Positions 24,601-37,000 of a stretch of DNA of 64,000 nt are shown here, piece after piece (position 1 is the stretch's first letter; the number at the start of each line of letters is the position of its first letter). Origin of the DNA: Tubiluchus corallicola. Its lineage: Eukaryota; Animalia; Priapulida. Made by a program: the position numbers and the translations under genes. The notes under the pieces are model-generated. The model did no database searches, had not been told where the DNA came from, and saw only the letters and a program-made list of their open reading frames with translations. The DNA lies in contig JAQGDQ010000159.1 in NCBI GenBank assembly GCA_030141605.1, positions 62,001-126,000 of the forward strand. Reading direction: 5' to 3'.

Positions 24601-26301
24601 TTATTTAAATGAATGTATAATTTACATTTAATTAACTATTTAATTTATATCAATATCTTTAATTATTATTAATAAACAAACAAAGAACTGATACTGCACT
24701 AAGGTAAACTTGGTTCTTTTCTGCTGCATTATATGGGATGGAACAAATGCCGCACTGTGTGGTAAATGACGCTCAATATATATATATATATTATGAGTAG
24801 ATTGCCACACATTAAAAAGCAAAGGTAATTGAAACTATCTTTAACATTTATTTATCTGATAAGATGAATCCTCATAAGTTCCTGGTGAATGCATATTGTA
24901 TAGACATTTAAAGGATAGATTATTAAAACAGCAGATATTAAATGAAAAGAAGTGCTATTATCGCAAACTATATTACTCCTATATAAACCGTATATAAATA
25001 TCGCGCTTTGTTGCTTTACTAACCAAATTGCTTCCCTTCTCAGAGTCATCACCAGATTCATTTGCAAAATATTGTTTGTCTACAAAGCTTAAATTTTCTC
25101 CAATTAGATCGTCAGCAGATTGTGATGGTTTTGTGCACTGCTTCACATTCTTTTTGTGATGTTTTGGATCACTTTGGGGAACAATGTCTCCAAAGTATAA
25201 GTTGTCTACGTAGGTTAAATCACTATCTAATGGCTGAGAATACAAAGGATAATTTTCGTTTTGTTCTAAGTGTTCTGATTCATTTTTCAACAAACTAGTA
25301 CTGCGCTGTACTCTGCCATCACTTTCACTAACAGAAGTTTCTAAAGTAGCTCTTTTGTTAGAATCATTAATGGCTCTGTGATGATGAGACTGGGGTAAAC
25401 AGATTTCATTTTGGTTAGAAGTTTTCTCAGACGTTTCTTCATCTATACTGAAGTATTGTTGATCAATATAATTTAGATCATCACATGTTTTAGATATTTT
25501 AGGAGAAGGTACAACAAATTGAGAAAGGCTTGTTTTCTTCTTCACTCGTGAATGAAGACGGTTCTTATGTAGAAATTTGTCTGGAGTAGCATCATAAATT
25601 TTTCTCTCAAGAGCAGACATTTCCTGGCACTCTGGCCTTTGTTTGTCTGACTTGGAAGGCAAAGTTGGTCTAGTTAATTGATTGTCATCATCGTAACGAA
25701 TATGACCAAAAGGCGTTTGTACAATTTTTTCTTCTTCGTCTGTATGCACGTGTGATAAGCCAAATTTTGCATACAAGGATTCTTTAGAAACTTCTTTACT
25801 TTGCTGTTTCTCTCTGTAACTGTTTGAAAAACGACTTTTTGCAGATTCAAAAGACTGTATTCCGAAAAAATCATCAAATGTTGTCCCTTGAGAAGACAGG
25901 TTTTTACCTCTGGCGTAGTGTTGGCAATTAGACTTACTGGTATTGCCATAATTATTATTAGAGTCACTAAGTACTCCGCTAACGCCAGCGTTGTGGGTGT
26001 TTGACGACTTTTCTTCATCTCCAACAAAAGACGATCTTTTGCGTAATGTCTTCTTTTTAGCTTCTGCAGGACTAGTTATTCTTTTGTCAGAGCTGCACCA
26101 TCTGACCGATTTTAAAATGCATAAGCTTTGAAAATTAGCATGTAAATTTGGTGTTCTAATAATTTTATAACCCTTCTTCATCACGCACATGGTCATTATC
26201 ATGACTCGGTGGTAACCATACTGTATGATAACTTCAACTAAAGAAATCTTTAACGCATCAGCATTATGCTTTACTGTTAATTTAAACGAGACTAATAACA
26301 T
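15677..26301 (-). CDS. RPUSD4: Mitochondrial RluA-family RNA pseudouridine synthase RPUSD4-like, up to about 789 aa, 9 exons
   Basis: Exons 26301-25024, 23186-23015, 22645-22502, 22392-22348, 22116-21975, 20742-20592, 18347-18206, 17810-17713 and 15874-15677, in frame. Motifs IAINKPYGLPVHGGPG, LHLVHRIDAYSTGIVLLA (catalytic Asp), [37 protein letters not shown] and KARHVPMHLHAKSLIIP. The true start could be a downstream Met (from about 26202, MIMTMCVMKK). Confidence 0.9.
17840..17921. repeat. 41-bp tandem duplication in an RPUSD4 intron
   Basis: ATAGACATTTATGAAC(C/T)GTGTGTAGATGCATTTACACTTGA twice, one mismatch. Confidence 0.9.
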
Positions 26302-27339
26302 GACTTTTTAATTACGTACAAATTTAGCGATCCGATAAATGATGACACGAGACGACGATTTTCCAGCAATACGATAAATTGTTCTAAACGATAAAGAATG
26401 ATCAATGAACACTGAGCGGAGAACTTGTGCAATATCTAACAAACCCAACTAACTTATAAAGTTTATAAACTGTAATTGTGCATGTTCAATGTCCTATACT
26501 GTATTTTAATTTAAGTGACTGCTACTAATGAGAAACATTTTAAAAGAAACAAGCGTCCTGTATGCTGGTGAACCTATTTCAATCATAATAACTAAGCCTA
26601 TATAATTTCACCCCTGGGGTGTCAGTCACATGCATGTTGTCGGAATGTAAACAAGCTAAACATTCTATAACAAATAAATAAACTGCGAATTGTCATAAAT
26701 GTGCATTCACAAACAGAAAATTATTTAACAAATTTCAGTATTTGCAATATGTGAGGCTGGACCATTGGAATATTGTAAGTATAAACAGAAAGCCGTTTTA
26801 CTGAGAGAAATAATAAGCAGAAATAATTCATTTGTGTATTGAAAAGCAATGTTGAAGCACAAGAAATCCCTCCATAAACATAAAATTTAAAAAAATTGTC
26901 CTAAAATTTTATATCGCTTACGTACTGCCTTTTTACATGCAAAACTTCAAATGGCAGTCATGCTGTATAAAACATGTAAATTTAAACTCCTGCGATAACC
27001 GCTAGACTCAGCCACTTTGATGACAGGTCATTTGAAACAAGTTTAGATTACGTTGTGTAAACTTTAAAAAATAATCAAAGCATTCGTAGCACACACGTTA
27101 CTAATTAAGTAAAATTTTAAATTACTGTATCTTGTCAATAAGATTAAAAATACGTTTTTGGTTAGTGAGTGGTGCACCCAGGAAGGTGAGTCGGCGACAT
27201 TTTAAATAATTAAAAATTTTCTTTTTTAGTTACTTAAGTCTTTCCAACAGGTAAGCAATATCTAACTAATATAGATTTGCATGGAAAGTTTTTTGGGACA
27301 TCATTTAGCATTGCCTTGTCTTCCCCTGGTTTACGTTTG

Positions 27340-27740
27340 CATAGTGACGTCATATAGTGGCGACTTAGGAACAGTATTGCGGGAACCTGCTTTAGGTATC
27401 TGCTACCGAGCTACAAATGATTTACACAATTTTGTATCATCTGCAAATTTTAAAATATGAATGGAAATCTCGATATCTATATCATTAATGAAAGTAGTGA
27501 ACAGCACCAGTCCGAGTACAAATCCTTGTGGTGCACCACTTAATGGTTACCAACTTTTCAGACTCTTTCATTCTACCCCCACTAAGTATGACACATAGTT
27601 TCCTTCCAAACAACTAATCTTCAATCCAAATGATGATATTTCCAGAAATACCATGGACTTTAATCTGTGGCACACATCAAAAGTCTTGCCGAAATCAAAA
27701 TAAATGATATCAACAGGACTTCCTTCATCAAGCATAGAAA
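27340..27740 (-). mobile_element. Degenerate CR1-type LINE reverse transcriptase fragment
   Basis: Minus-strand translation gives PVDIIYFDFGKTFDV, SGAPQGFVLG and FADDTK, the non-LTR RT core motifs, with disruptions. Confidence 0.88.
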
Positions 27741-28359
27741 TAAATCAAAGTAGTAATCAAAGGAATTGATTGCTTGCCTACAAGCCTTTAATTTGTAATA
27801 AAATGCCAAGATGATTTCTTTTGCATTGAGGTAATAATTTTGTAACAGGAAAAAATATGGAAATGTGTTTAAAATTATTCTAAATTATTAAAAATTCTTG
27901 ACATAAACTAAACATTCTCAAGTGTAAGAGGCTCATGTCGACAGGTTGATCTCATAATGACTCAAAATAATCATTAGTAGTCGGAAATCTCCATATTTTC
28001 TTAAAATTAGCATATTGATAACTACTAGTGAAAAATAAGCGTGTTTTACTTTGCTGATTATCTTAGCTACAGTTTATTTAATATTAATTGCCAGTGGTTG
28101 ATATTTATATGAAGTATAAAGTATGTAGACAAGTATTTTACCTTCAAAATCCTAGTATGTCTGCTGGTTCTAAGAATGGAAATTGGGCAATCTGGTCGTT
28201 AGTGTGTCTTCTAACTCTAACTTGGTCAACTGTCCCTACCACTTTTATGTAAGAAACGTTTTGGCCGGGCTCTGTTTTTGGTATAATAATTTGCGCTCAC
28301 TGTGTTCATGGTTTGTGCTAATATTTTGTGTGCTATCCCAGCCCCTAGATGGCAAACGC

Positions 28360-28570
28360 AAAGCGGCCCTCGCGTCCTTAGCAATAGCTTAAATGAGTTG
28401 TTAGGTACGAGGGCGAGATTTTGCAGTTGTTGTGTTTTGAAGTTAGTTTTGTTCAAGTTTAAAAATGAAATAAATCAAAAAGTACGTTCATATTCAACGA
28501 ACTTTGTGCCTTGTCTATGTTTTTGTGTAGTTTGTAGCAGTAGTCTGAAGCAGTAAAAGACCATTTTCAG
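28360..28570 (+). promoter_or_regulatory. Probable CFAP44 promoter and non-coding first exon, with an RFX/X-box-like site
   Basis: CpG-containing patch with GTCCTTAGCAAT (about 28374-28385), similar to the RFX half-site CCTAGCAAC; strong donor CAG|GTGAGT at 28571; acceptor at 29492 just before the ATG at 29494. Confidence 0.45.
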
Positions 28571-29493
28571 GTGAGTAATTTAGAAGTGAATTTCTTCCTT
28601 ACACAACGGCTACCAAAATTAAAGTCGCAAGAAGTGCCAAAATGCTTCCTGTAGCTGCAAGGGTGAGTTAAGACAAATACCAGTAGCAGTGGACAGCACA
28701 TACTTGAGTTACATTATGATAGCAAACTTACACAAAGCCTAGCCAAGATTATTCTTATACAATAAGTCTTTTATGCTAAAAGAACTTTCTGCAGGACAAG
28801 TCTGTCGTTAATTGCTAAGGCAAACTTTTACTTTTTATTTTTTTTGAGTATAATTTTTGCTACCCGTGTAGACTACTCTAGCAGACTGTTAAAGTACTAT
28901 TGACTGCTGCGTTGATAGTGTGCCAGGCCAACAGCTAGCAGTAGCAGCCAGATGGCAGATCAAACCACTTTTGCAGTAGATTACCTGAACGAAATTGCTT
29001 ATTAGCATTTAAAAACCTATTTCAGGCCACTAACAAATATAAGATACGAATAAATGAATTGTTAAGTTTAGCAGCACCCAAAAGATAGTATAGATAATTA
29101 TATTCCCCTTATCCCTATGGTGTGTTATTAGTGCTCAGTCCAGTATCTAGGCTGATGTAACTGATTCATTAGTAAAGCTTACAGTTAAGTAAATAAGTCT
29201 GGATAATAGAAACCTGATCAATTGCATTGTGTGGCAACACGATATCTTTCCTTAACTTTCCCGACTCGTGCGCTCAGGTCCTCAGGATGTAATCAGTTAA
29301 TTTAAATGCGCCGTTGGTTGTTTTTGTTTGCAAGTTTAAAGGATTTTAATTTCTTTACTTCCACTGAATGTAACAATCCAGTACTGGGCACCTGATGGGT
29401 ATGGGAAAAAGATTCTCGAGTCTGATTTTTGCTACCCGTGTAAACGCTACTGTTTTTGTTTTTATTTTATTTTTAACTTGTTTGTATAACAGA

Positions 29494-31051
29494 ATGGGTG
29501 ATAGTGAAGATAATATAAGTGAGACTGTTGAAGCAGACAGTGCAACAGAGATAACGGATGTGGATGCTGATGATGAATCATTGACTGTTGATGATGAAGG
29601 TAAGAGAATTTCAAAAATTCTAAAGAATATTTTACGATATTAATAATGGCATCTTCACAACATAGCACCTGTACCTGTAACTGCACCTGTACTGTTGAAG
29701 TGTTGAATCTCTTACTAATAAAACTGTGACTTAATTTTAGTGTTAAAAAGATATTTATTACTAATTATTGATATAGTGGAATTTTTAACTATTAAGTTAT
29801 TTTGCGGTAGACAATCTGTAATTACATTTAGATAAGAAAAAAAATACAAAAATATGATCAGTTATAACAAATTGAGTTCATATGCAGTCAGTACTGGATA
29901 AGTTGGCTTTTGTTCTGTTCCTTATAAGTTGAAAGAATGTTTCTGTACAAGTAACATGTTATGGTTACTATAGAATCAAAAGACGAAGAGGCCACTTTCA
30001 TTCTAATCGTAGCTCGAGACATTGTTCAGAAAGTTATAAAAGCTGCTGTTTCTGCCGTTGGAGCTGCTGAATCTGGTGATGATGATGATAGAGATGATTT
30101 GCAAGAACTTCGAGTTCGTGCACAAGCTATTGTGAAGACAGCTGTGGACACTGCTAAAGAAGTAGCTGAATATAGAGTTGTTAAATCGCAAGCAAAATCA
30201 ATTGTGCGAACTGCTGTAGGAGCAGCTTCTGCAACCATTGTTACTGAAAAACTTGCTATGTATGTAGCAGCAGGTGAAGAAGAAACAGTTGCTGAACCCT
30301 CAGGAAAAATTGAAATTGAAATAGTATCTTCTGATGACAGTTTAGCTGAGGAGATACCAACATATTACAACTATGAAGAGATTGTGTCAAAACCGCAGAG
30401 CAGCGACTTTTCTGTACTGAAAGAAGATTTATTGACTTTGCAGTATCCTTTGTGCATTTTGATTTAAGCTATTCTTTCATTATTAAGATTTCTTATGGCT
30501 AATTAGTCAAATTTTTGGATTCTTAGTTAGTTAGTAATAAGTGGTTTGTGAGGGAATGGTGTTAGTTTCTGCTATTGCTCGTTCTTCAGTTTTTACAGTT
30601 TAATTTGTTTTTCTAGTTAGGCAAACTGAATGTTCAGAATTTCTGAACTATTTTTTTTATTGCAATAGGTACATGTGCACGAATATTGTGACCCTTAATG
30701 TCGTAATCAGTCATTCATTTGGTTATGATTGCAAGCGACGACGTAACTTGTATTTAATGGATAAAAAAATTGTTATTTTTGCTGCTGGTAACCTGGTGCA
30801 TTTTCTTAGTTTGCCTACTGGCGGGCAGCATTATCTCAGAACCATCAGTGGTGGCGGTATTGGAGCTATTACGGCAAGTTTGTCTCCATTTTTCTATAAT
30901 AATACAATTTCAGTACTTTTTTATTTCCTACATTTTGTCAGTGAGGCATTTTTGCTTATTTTGCTAGCCCATTTTCATTTTTTACAGTGCAAGATTAAAA
31001 GGCTGCTTTAAATTTTTTGATTAATGTACACGCATATGCACGCACACACAT

Positions 31052-31082
<31 letters not shown>

Positions 31083-34000
31083 TATGAAAGATTGTTTTAA
31101 ACTTCTTTGCAATAATTAATTTAACTTATTACTTGCATTAATCATCATTGCAGAACATCCAACTGGGCTGTTGTACAGTTTGTAGGAGCTAACTTTATAC
31201 ATCTGCCTGTTATCTAGCAATATTGTTTGAATTTTATTCCAATCCTAGATTAAAACCCATGTTTTGATTTTGACTTTTAATACACATGCCTTATTTTACT
31301 TTTTAACTTGCTGAAGGATGAAGTCCGTTTTGAAATTTAATGTGATGTGCTAAGAAATAAATGAGTTATTTCTGATTCGTTTTTCAAGTTAAACAGCTAA
31401 AAGTGATTTTTTTCAGATTCATCCATCAAGAAAATATATTGTTGTAGCAGAGAATGGTCCTTCACCCGATATAAACATTTTCGAGTACCCCTCTTTGCGA
31501 TTGTATAAAAGATTGCAAGAAGGAACGCAGAATTCTTACACATCTGTAGATTTCAGGTATATCATAATCATTGCTATGTTATTAGATGGCACTTTATCAT
31601 GTGAGTTTATTCTTTTGCAACGCAATTTTAAGAAAAAAAATTAGGCATCACCTAATTAAGTAAGGACTGTGTTTTAATATTGCAGCAGACTATTTTTAAG
31701 TTTTGGTAGTCAATGTGATTTCTTCACCCTGCTTATCTTGCTTTTGGATTGTGATGTATAGGAAAAAAACATAAAGCTAGGCCTACATTAATTTTAGTTG
31801 GTCGAATAGTTATTTCAGGAAATCATAACACCTGCATTGGTATTTATGATGGTATGCAAAATGCAGTGGCTTTTGTTGGTGAGAAGAAACACTAAATAAC
31901 TGAGTAGTAGTAGTAGTAGTATAACATTTATACCTTGAATTAGATTATATTCAAATTGGATGTGGATTTTTTTATAAAAATATTTGTCGGATGTTGTAAC
32001 TCCAGTATGAAATGAGTATTAAATATAAAAAGTCAGAAATAAACTTTACAGTTTAAAGTTTAAAAAGTTTCAACATTTTTGTTAACTGTAACTTATCCAA
32101 GCAGTTAATTGGATGAGTAGTATGACTGCTGCTGGTGACTGTTAAGTGCATCATAAGTAAATGACAGAACCTGTTTAAAGTCTGTGTATATTTCTCTGCA
32201 TTATAGGTGGATTACTGATAATTGAAAATTATTTGGTTTCATCTACCTTTAGTTTGTGAGTTGCAAGCTATTTAATGCAAAAGTTTTTTTAATGGAAAAA
32301 TTCATCTTATAAAAAAGTTTGAAATTATAAAGTTCTATGTTCAGTGTTGTTAGGCTTCAGTTTTGAGATATATGTATCTTTTTTGTCACGGAGGACCCGT
32401 TTTATTACTTTCCAAAAATTGATTTGGATTTCCATTGCAGCCAGTTAGTTTTTCCTAGAAATAACTTTTTATGTTCTCTAACTTTGTCTGTTACCATGTT
32501 CCAAAAATTTTTACATTTAGATTAATCAGTCATTTCCATTTATTTGCTTTGCTTTTATAAATCTTTCTCTAGGCAATGACTATGTTGTATGAACATTTCC
32601 AGTATTAAAAAAATCTGACAAATCAGTATTTGCAAGTTCAAATCTAAATCGAACTGAGTGAAAATGTTTACAACAGCAAAGTATCTTGACCACTGCAGTG
32701 ACGTTAGGAATGTCGGTTTTTCTAATAATATACATCATCAAGTGGTTGCTTAAACGTACATCAAGAATCTGAAGATTTTATTATACAATATGTAATGCCT
32801 GTACATGATACGTATAGGTGATCAATTAATGTAGAATCTTTTGCAGATGTTGCATTCTTGACACAGATAGATTGTGTAACAAGTTTGAAAAGGCCGTGTG
32901 CATTATTTAAGTCTAAGCTAAATTAAAGTCACCTGTTATCATCAACTCTGACTAAAGTTGAAAGTGGAAAGTTGCAGTAAGTTTTTCAGATAGTTGCAGT
33001 GTCAGCCAGCTTATTCGTATAAAACTTGCAGTAATTGTTATTTGTTGAGAAAGGGTTGTAAATGCTTAAATGCTGTCCCAGTCTCTTAGATTTCACTAGT
33101 TAATGCCAGTTGAGTCACTGCAGGTCAGTTGTAAGTATGAAAATAAATTAGGTTCAAGACTTCAGGTTTAGTTCTCATTCTAATTTACAATTTTTAACAT
33201 CTCTTCTTTTTCAACAAATAAACACTTAGAAAATATTATCTACAAACTACCTCTTATATATTAGCATAACTTTGTTGTTAGGTGTTTTCTTTCCAGATTT
33301 TGTAGTTTTGAACGTTTATTTATGGTTTTGTTGTCATCGTTTTCACCAAGTTTGTCATTAATTGCAAAGTAAGTCAAATGTACATTGTTCGGGTTGACTG
33401 TCATGATCGTCCTGACCCTGAACTTTGATCCCAAACTTTTTGTGAACTTCAAACGCCATTCCCATATGCTCCGGGCCCCAATCTGAACTCTGAAATTTAA
33501 AAGTTTATGATGCTTGAAAAAACGTTTACTTAAGGAATATAACTCGAGAAATATAAGCCATTTACCAAGTCATTCTTTGGTTAAATTTTGGGCTAGTTTT
33601 TATCGAGATTTTGTTAAACATTAGCTGCAGCACGTGATTGTTAACTGTTATTTATTACAATAGCTTGTAAGCAGCTTAATGTCTGATAATTATCTTTTTG
33701 TAGAACATAGTGCATTTAGCCATTTGTGAGTGTGCCTAAGTTATTCTGATGGGTATAATTTATCAATAGTGCTGGAACAATTTATAAACAGATTGTAAAA
33801 GAATGACATATTGTAATGAAAACTATTTTGTGTGATTTTCGTCTCCCTGCTACTAGTATCTTTCCTATATAAAATTTGCCCAAACAGCTAATTCTTCTTT
33901 ATCCGTATGCATAATTATCCTAGCAAACAGATTACTGTTGCATTTGCTTTGCATTTACTTAGAGTAGGGAATTATACAGACTCAACACAAGTTTGTATTG

Positions 34001-37000
34001 TGCAGACATCAAAAGGAAATGAGGCAACAAATTTGTTTCTCTGTCTTATATGCCTTCACTGTCAATATGTGTTTTGGATGATGTCACATTTGTTAACTAA
34101 GTGGTTGCGTGTAAAGCATAAAAGTAATACTTGCTGGAAATGTTTGTTAATTTTGTGCCCTAATGCAATAATTTCTACGTGAATAAATTATACTACTAAT
34201 GGAGGGGCTGGTTATTGTTTAGGTACTTGTATATGCTGCTAAGTACAGACAATGTTATTAAGACAGTGCATTGCTTGGCAATTTGCTATACTCTATTGTG
34301 CTCCAGTAAATAAGAAGTCACACCAGTAATTATGAATTGAAAACGTAAATTACTACTAGTCACTAACTTGCGTATTTTGCTTGAAATTGTGCATCACAAA
34401 AATATCACTTTGCAAACAAGCCTTTGAAGCTCAGTTTGCAAAAATTTAGCTCTCACCTTTTCCGGTTTACGATATTGGTGCTGAATAAGTAACAAATAAA
34501 TGCTTTTACACGACAGCAAACAACTGTTTTATCATTCGCAGAAACACAGGATTGTTTGTGCATTTCAAGTTGCCAAGCAGTGTGTGGGAGAGGAAGCTTC
34601 TTATAGTCTAGGCAACATTTTTTCGTCTAGGATTTTAGGCAAATGTAATTAAACTTGGCTGTACAAATTTGTCTGTAATATTCTAATATGCATTTACCAA
34701 TGTAATTTTGAACGTCTGGTGTTGACGCGAATCCCATTCCCGACCAGTTGATGCTGAACCCCGTAGAATCTCGACCTTGAATTCACTTAGCTCCTGAACT
34801 CCGATCCTGACCTGAATTTCGAGCCCTTCTCAAAACCCCGAATACCCTAAGTCAAAACTATAGTTTCATTGTTGTCAAGCTTTATATTGCAAGTGTGGTT
34901 ACAAATTTTCTGTTAGGTAAGCTAGAAAAAGTTAAATGTTACAAGAACAAATGGAAAAAGTGAAGCACAACTCTTGAGAGTAAATGAAAACTAAACAAAA
35001 CTTCTAAGATACCGGTATCTTAGCCTGTTGTACAGACCTGACCTGTAAATAAATATATAAATTATTAAGGGCGAGTGAGTGTCATTAATGCTTGTATGTT
35101 TTTCTAGTTACATATACATAACAATACTGTATTATTTCATAAAGAAAAAGCCTTAAATTAGTTATGAATTTAATTACAGCATAATATTTATACACATTAA
35201 TAGTAAAGAATAAGTCAGAATACTGCAGGATTAACACAGAATGTCATATTGTTCCTCGTTGTTACTCTTTCATTATATTACCAGTCGCTTACTTTTATTT
35301 ATAAGACTTGCAGTGTTATAGATATTTATATAACTTTGGTATTTGATATGTTTCTCTTGTGAAAATTTTAATGATTCTGGATTGGCAATATTGTTAATTA
35401 TGTATGTTAATATTTTAATAACTAAAATTAATCTAATAACCAACTTGTTTAACAAATAAGACAAAAATTCGTTCAACAGTCCATATTTAAATCAAATACC
35501 TTGAGCTGTTACTACATTATGGATTATACTATTTAATTACTTAGCCTATGTGACAGGGCAGCCACAAGACTTAAAATATACATTCTGTCAAAACTTTCTC
35601 ATTTGTAAACAGTTTTTTGTATGTTTTTAGTTCAAATGGAAAGTTGTTGGCATCAGTGGGTGGTTCTCCTGATTACATGTTAACTGTATGGGATTGGAGG
35701 CGGGAAAAAATCATGCTCCGGTGCAAGGCATTTGGACATGATGTTTTCAAGGTGGCTTTCTCTCATGATAATCCTGGTCATCTCACTACAGGTGGTGCAG
35801 GACATATAAAGTAAGTATTCTACTAATTTAGACTTGCATATGGCATTTCATAACTTTGATTTTTTTCATTGTGTCACTTTTAGAAAAACTATTGAAATGT
35901 GTAAAAAAAATTTTTATATTAGGTTTTGGATTATGGCGTATACTTTTACTGGGTTGAAACTACACGGAAGCATTGGCAGATTTGGACAAACAGAAATCTC
36001 AGATATTGAGGGTTTTGTTGAGTTGCCGGATGGTAAGGTACAAATATTGTTGTAGTTTTCCTTTGTATACTTTTAGATTATATAAATTTAGTTTCTAACA
36101 AAATTGCTGCACAATAAAGACAATGTTTTCTATTTGCATTTATATAGGAATATCGTAAAACCAACAAAAGTAAAGTGTAAGAGGTAAAGCTTGATTTGTC
36201 GACTGAAGATCAAATTCTGCTTGTCAAAGACTGTTGTTACTAGAATTTTTTGTTTGTTAAATGGTTGTACCTTCCATTACTTGGTCAAAGAACCAGCCCT
36301 TAATTCTTTTTATGACTTGGTTATATATTAATGTCAAGTTAATGAATGGGAATTGTAAATGGCTAAAGTGAATTTATTTTCACGTTAACACTGCCTGCCA
36401 GTTAATTGTTCGTAATCTCAATTTCAAAATGATTATTAATGACAGAATGAACCCACGATTATTAAATTTTAAAACCATGCTTCTCTGAAAGAAAGGAATT
36501 GTAAGAAGTCACTCCCGCCTTTTGCCACATTTCCTTTTTCCGGTTAAGTTATCGCGGGTTCATTCCATCGTTGTCTGCCATACATAGTGCCATACTATTT
36601 ATGTTTGCTACTTCGTGCACGTACAGTGGTTTAGTTGAAGTTGTCCTATTTGGGCTTCCTTTGAGATATATGTTTCTTGTGCTTTATGTATCGATGGTTA
36701 TTGCTGTAATTGTTTAGGTTTAACTTTAGAAGAATTTTATTGTGGTATGTATTACAGGTACTATCTGGATCAGAATGGGGTAACATGCTGTTATGGGATT
36801 CCAGTTTGATAAAAGTTGAGATATGTCGCAAGGGTTACAAGACCTGTCACAATGGCCCAATTATGCAATTTGTTATGGATGAAGATGAACTTATTACCGT
36901 CGGAATGGATGGTTATATTAGGGTACTGGTTTACTTTGCAACGTTATTTCTTTTGCAACTGCAGTTTTATTCAGTGTCATTAACTTTAACGTGGTGGTGG

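Noticed and set aside
33385-34850. Two patches of CCCGAA/CCTGAA-like motifs in CFAP44 intron 4
   Set aside because: They look like decayed transposon subterminal repeats, and I could not define termini or a target duplication.
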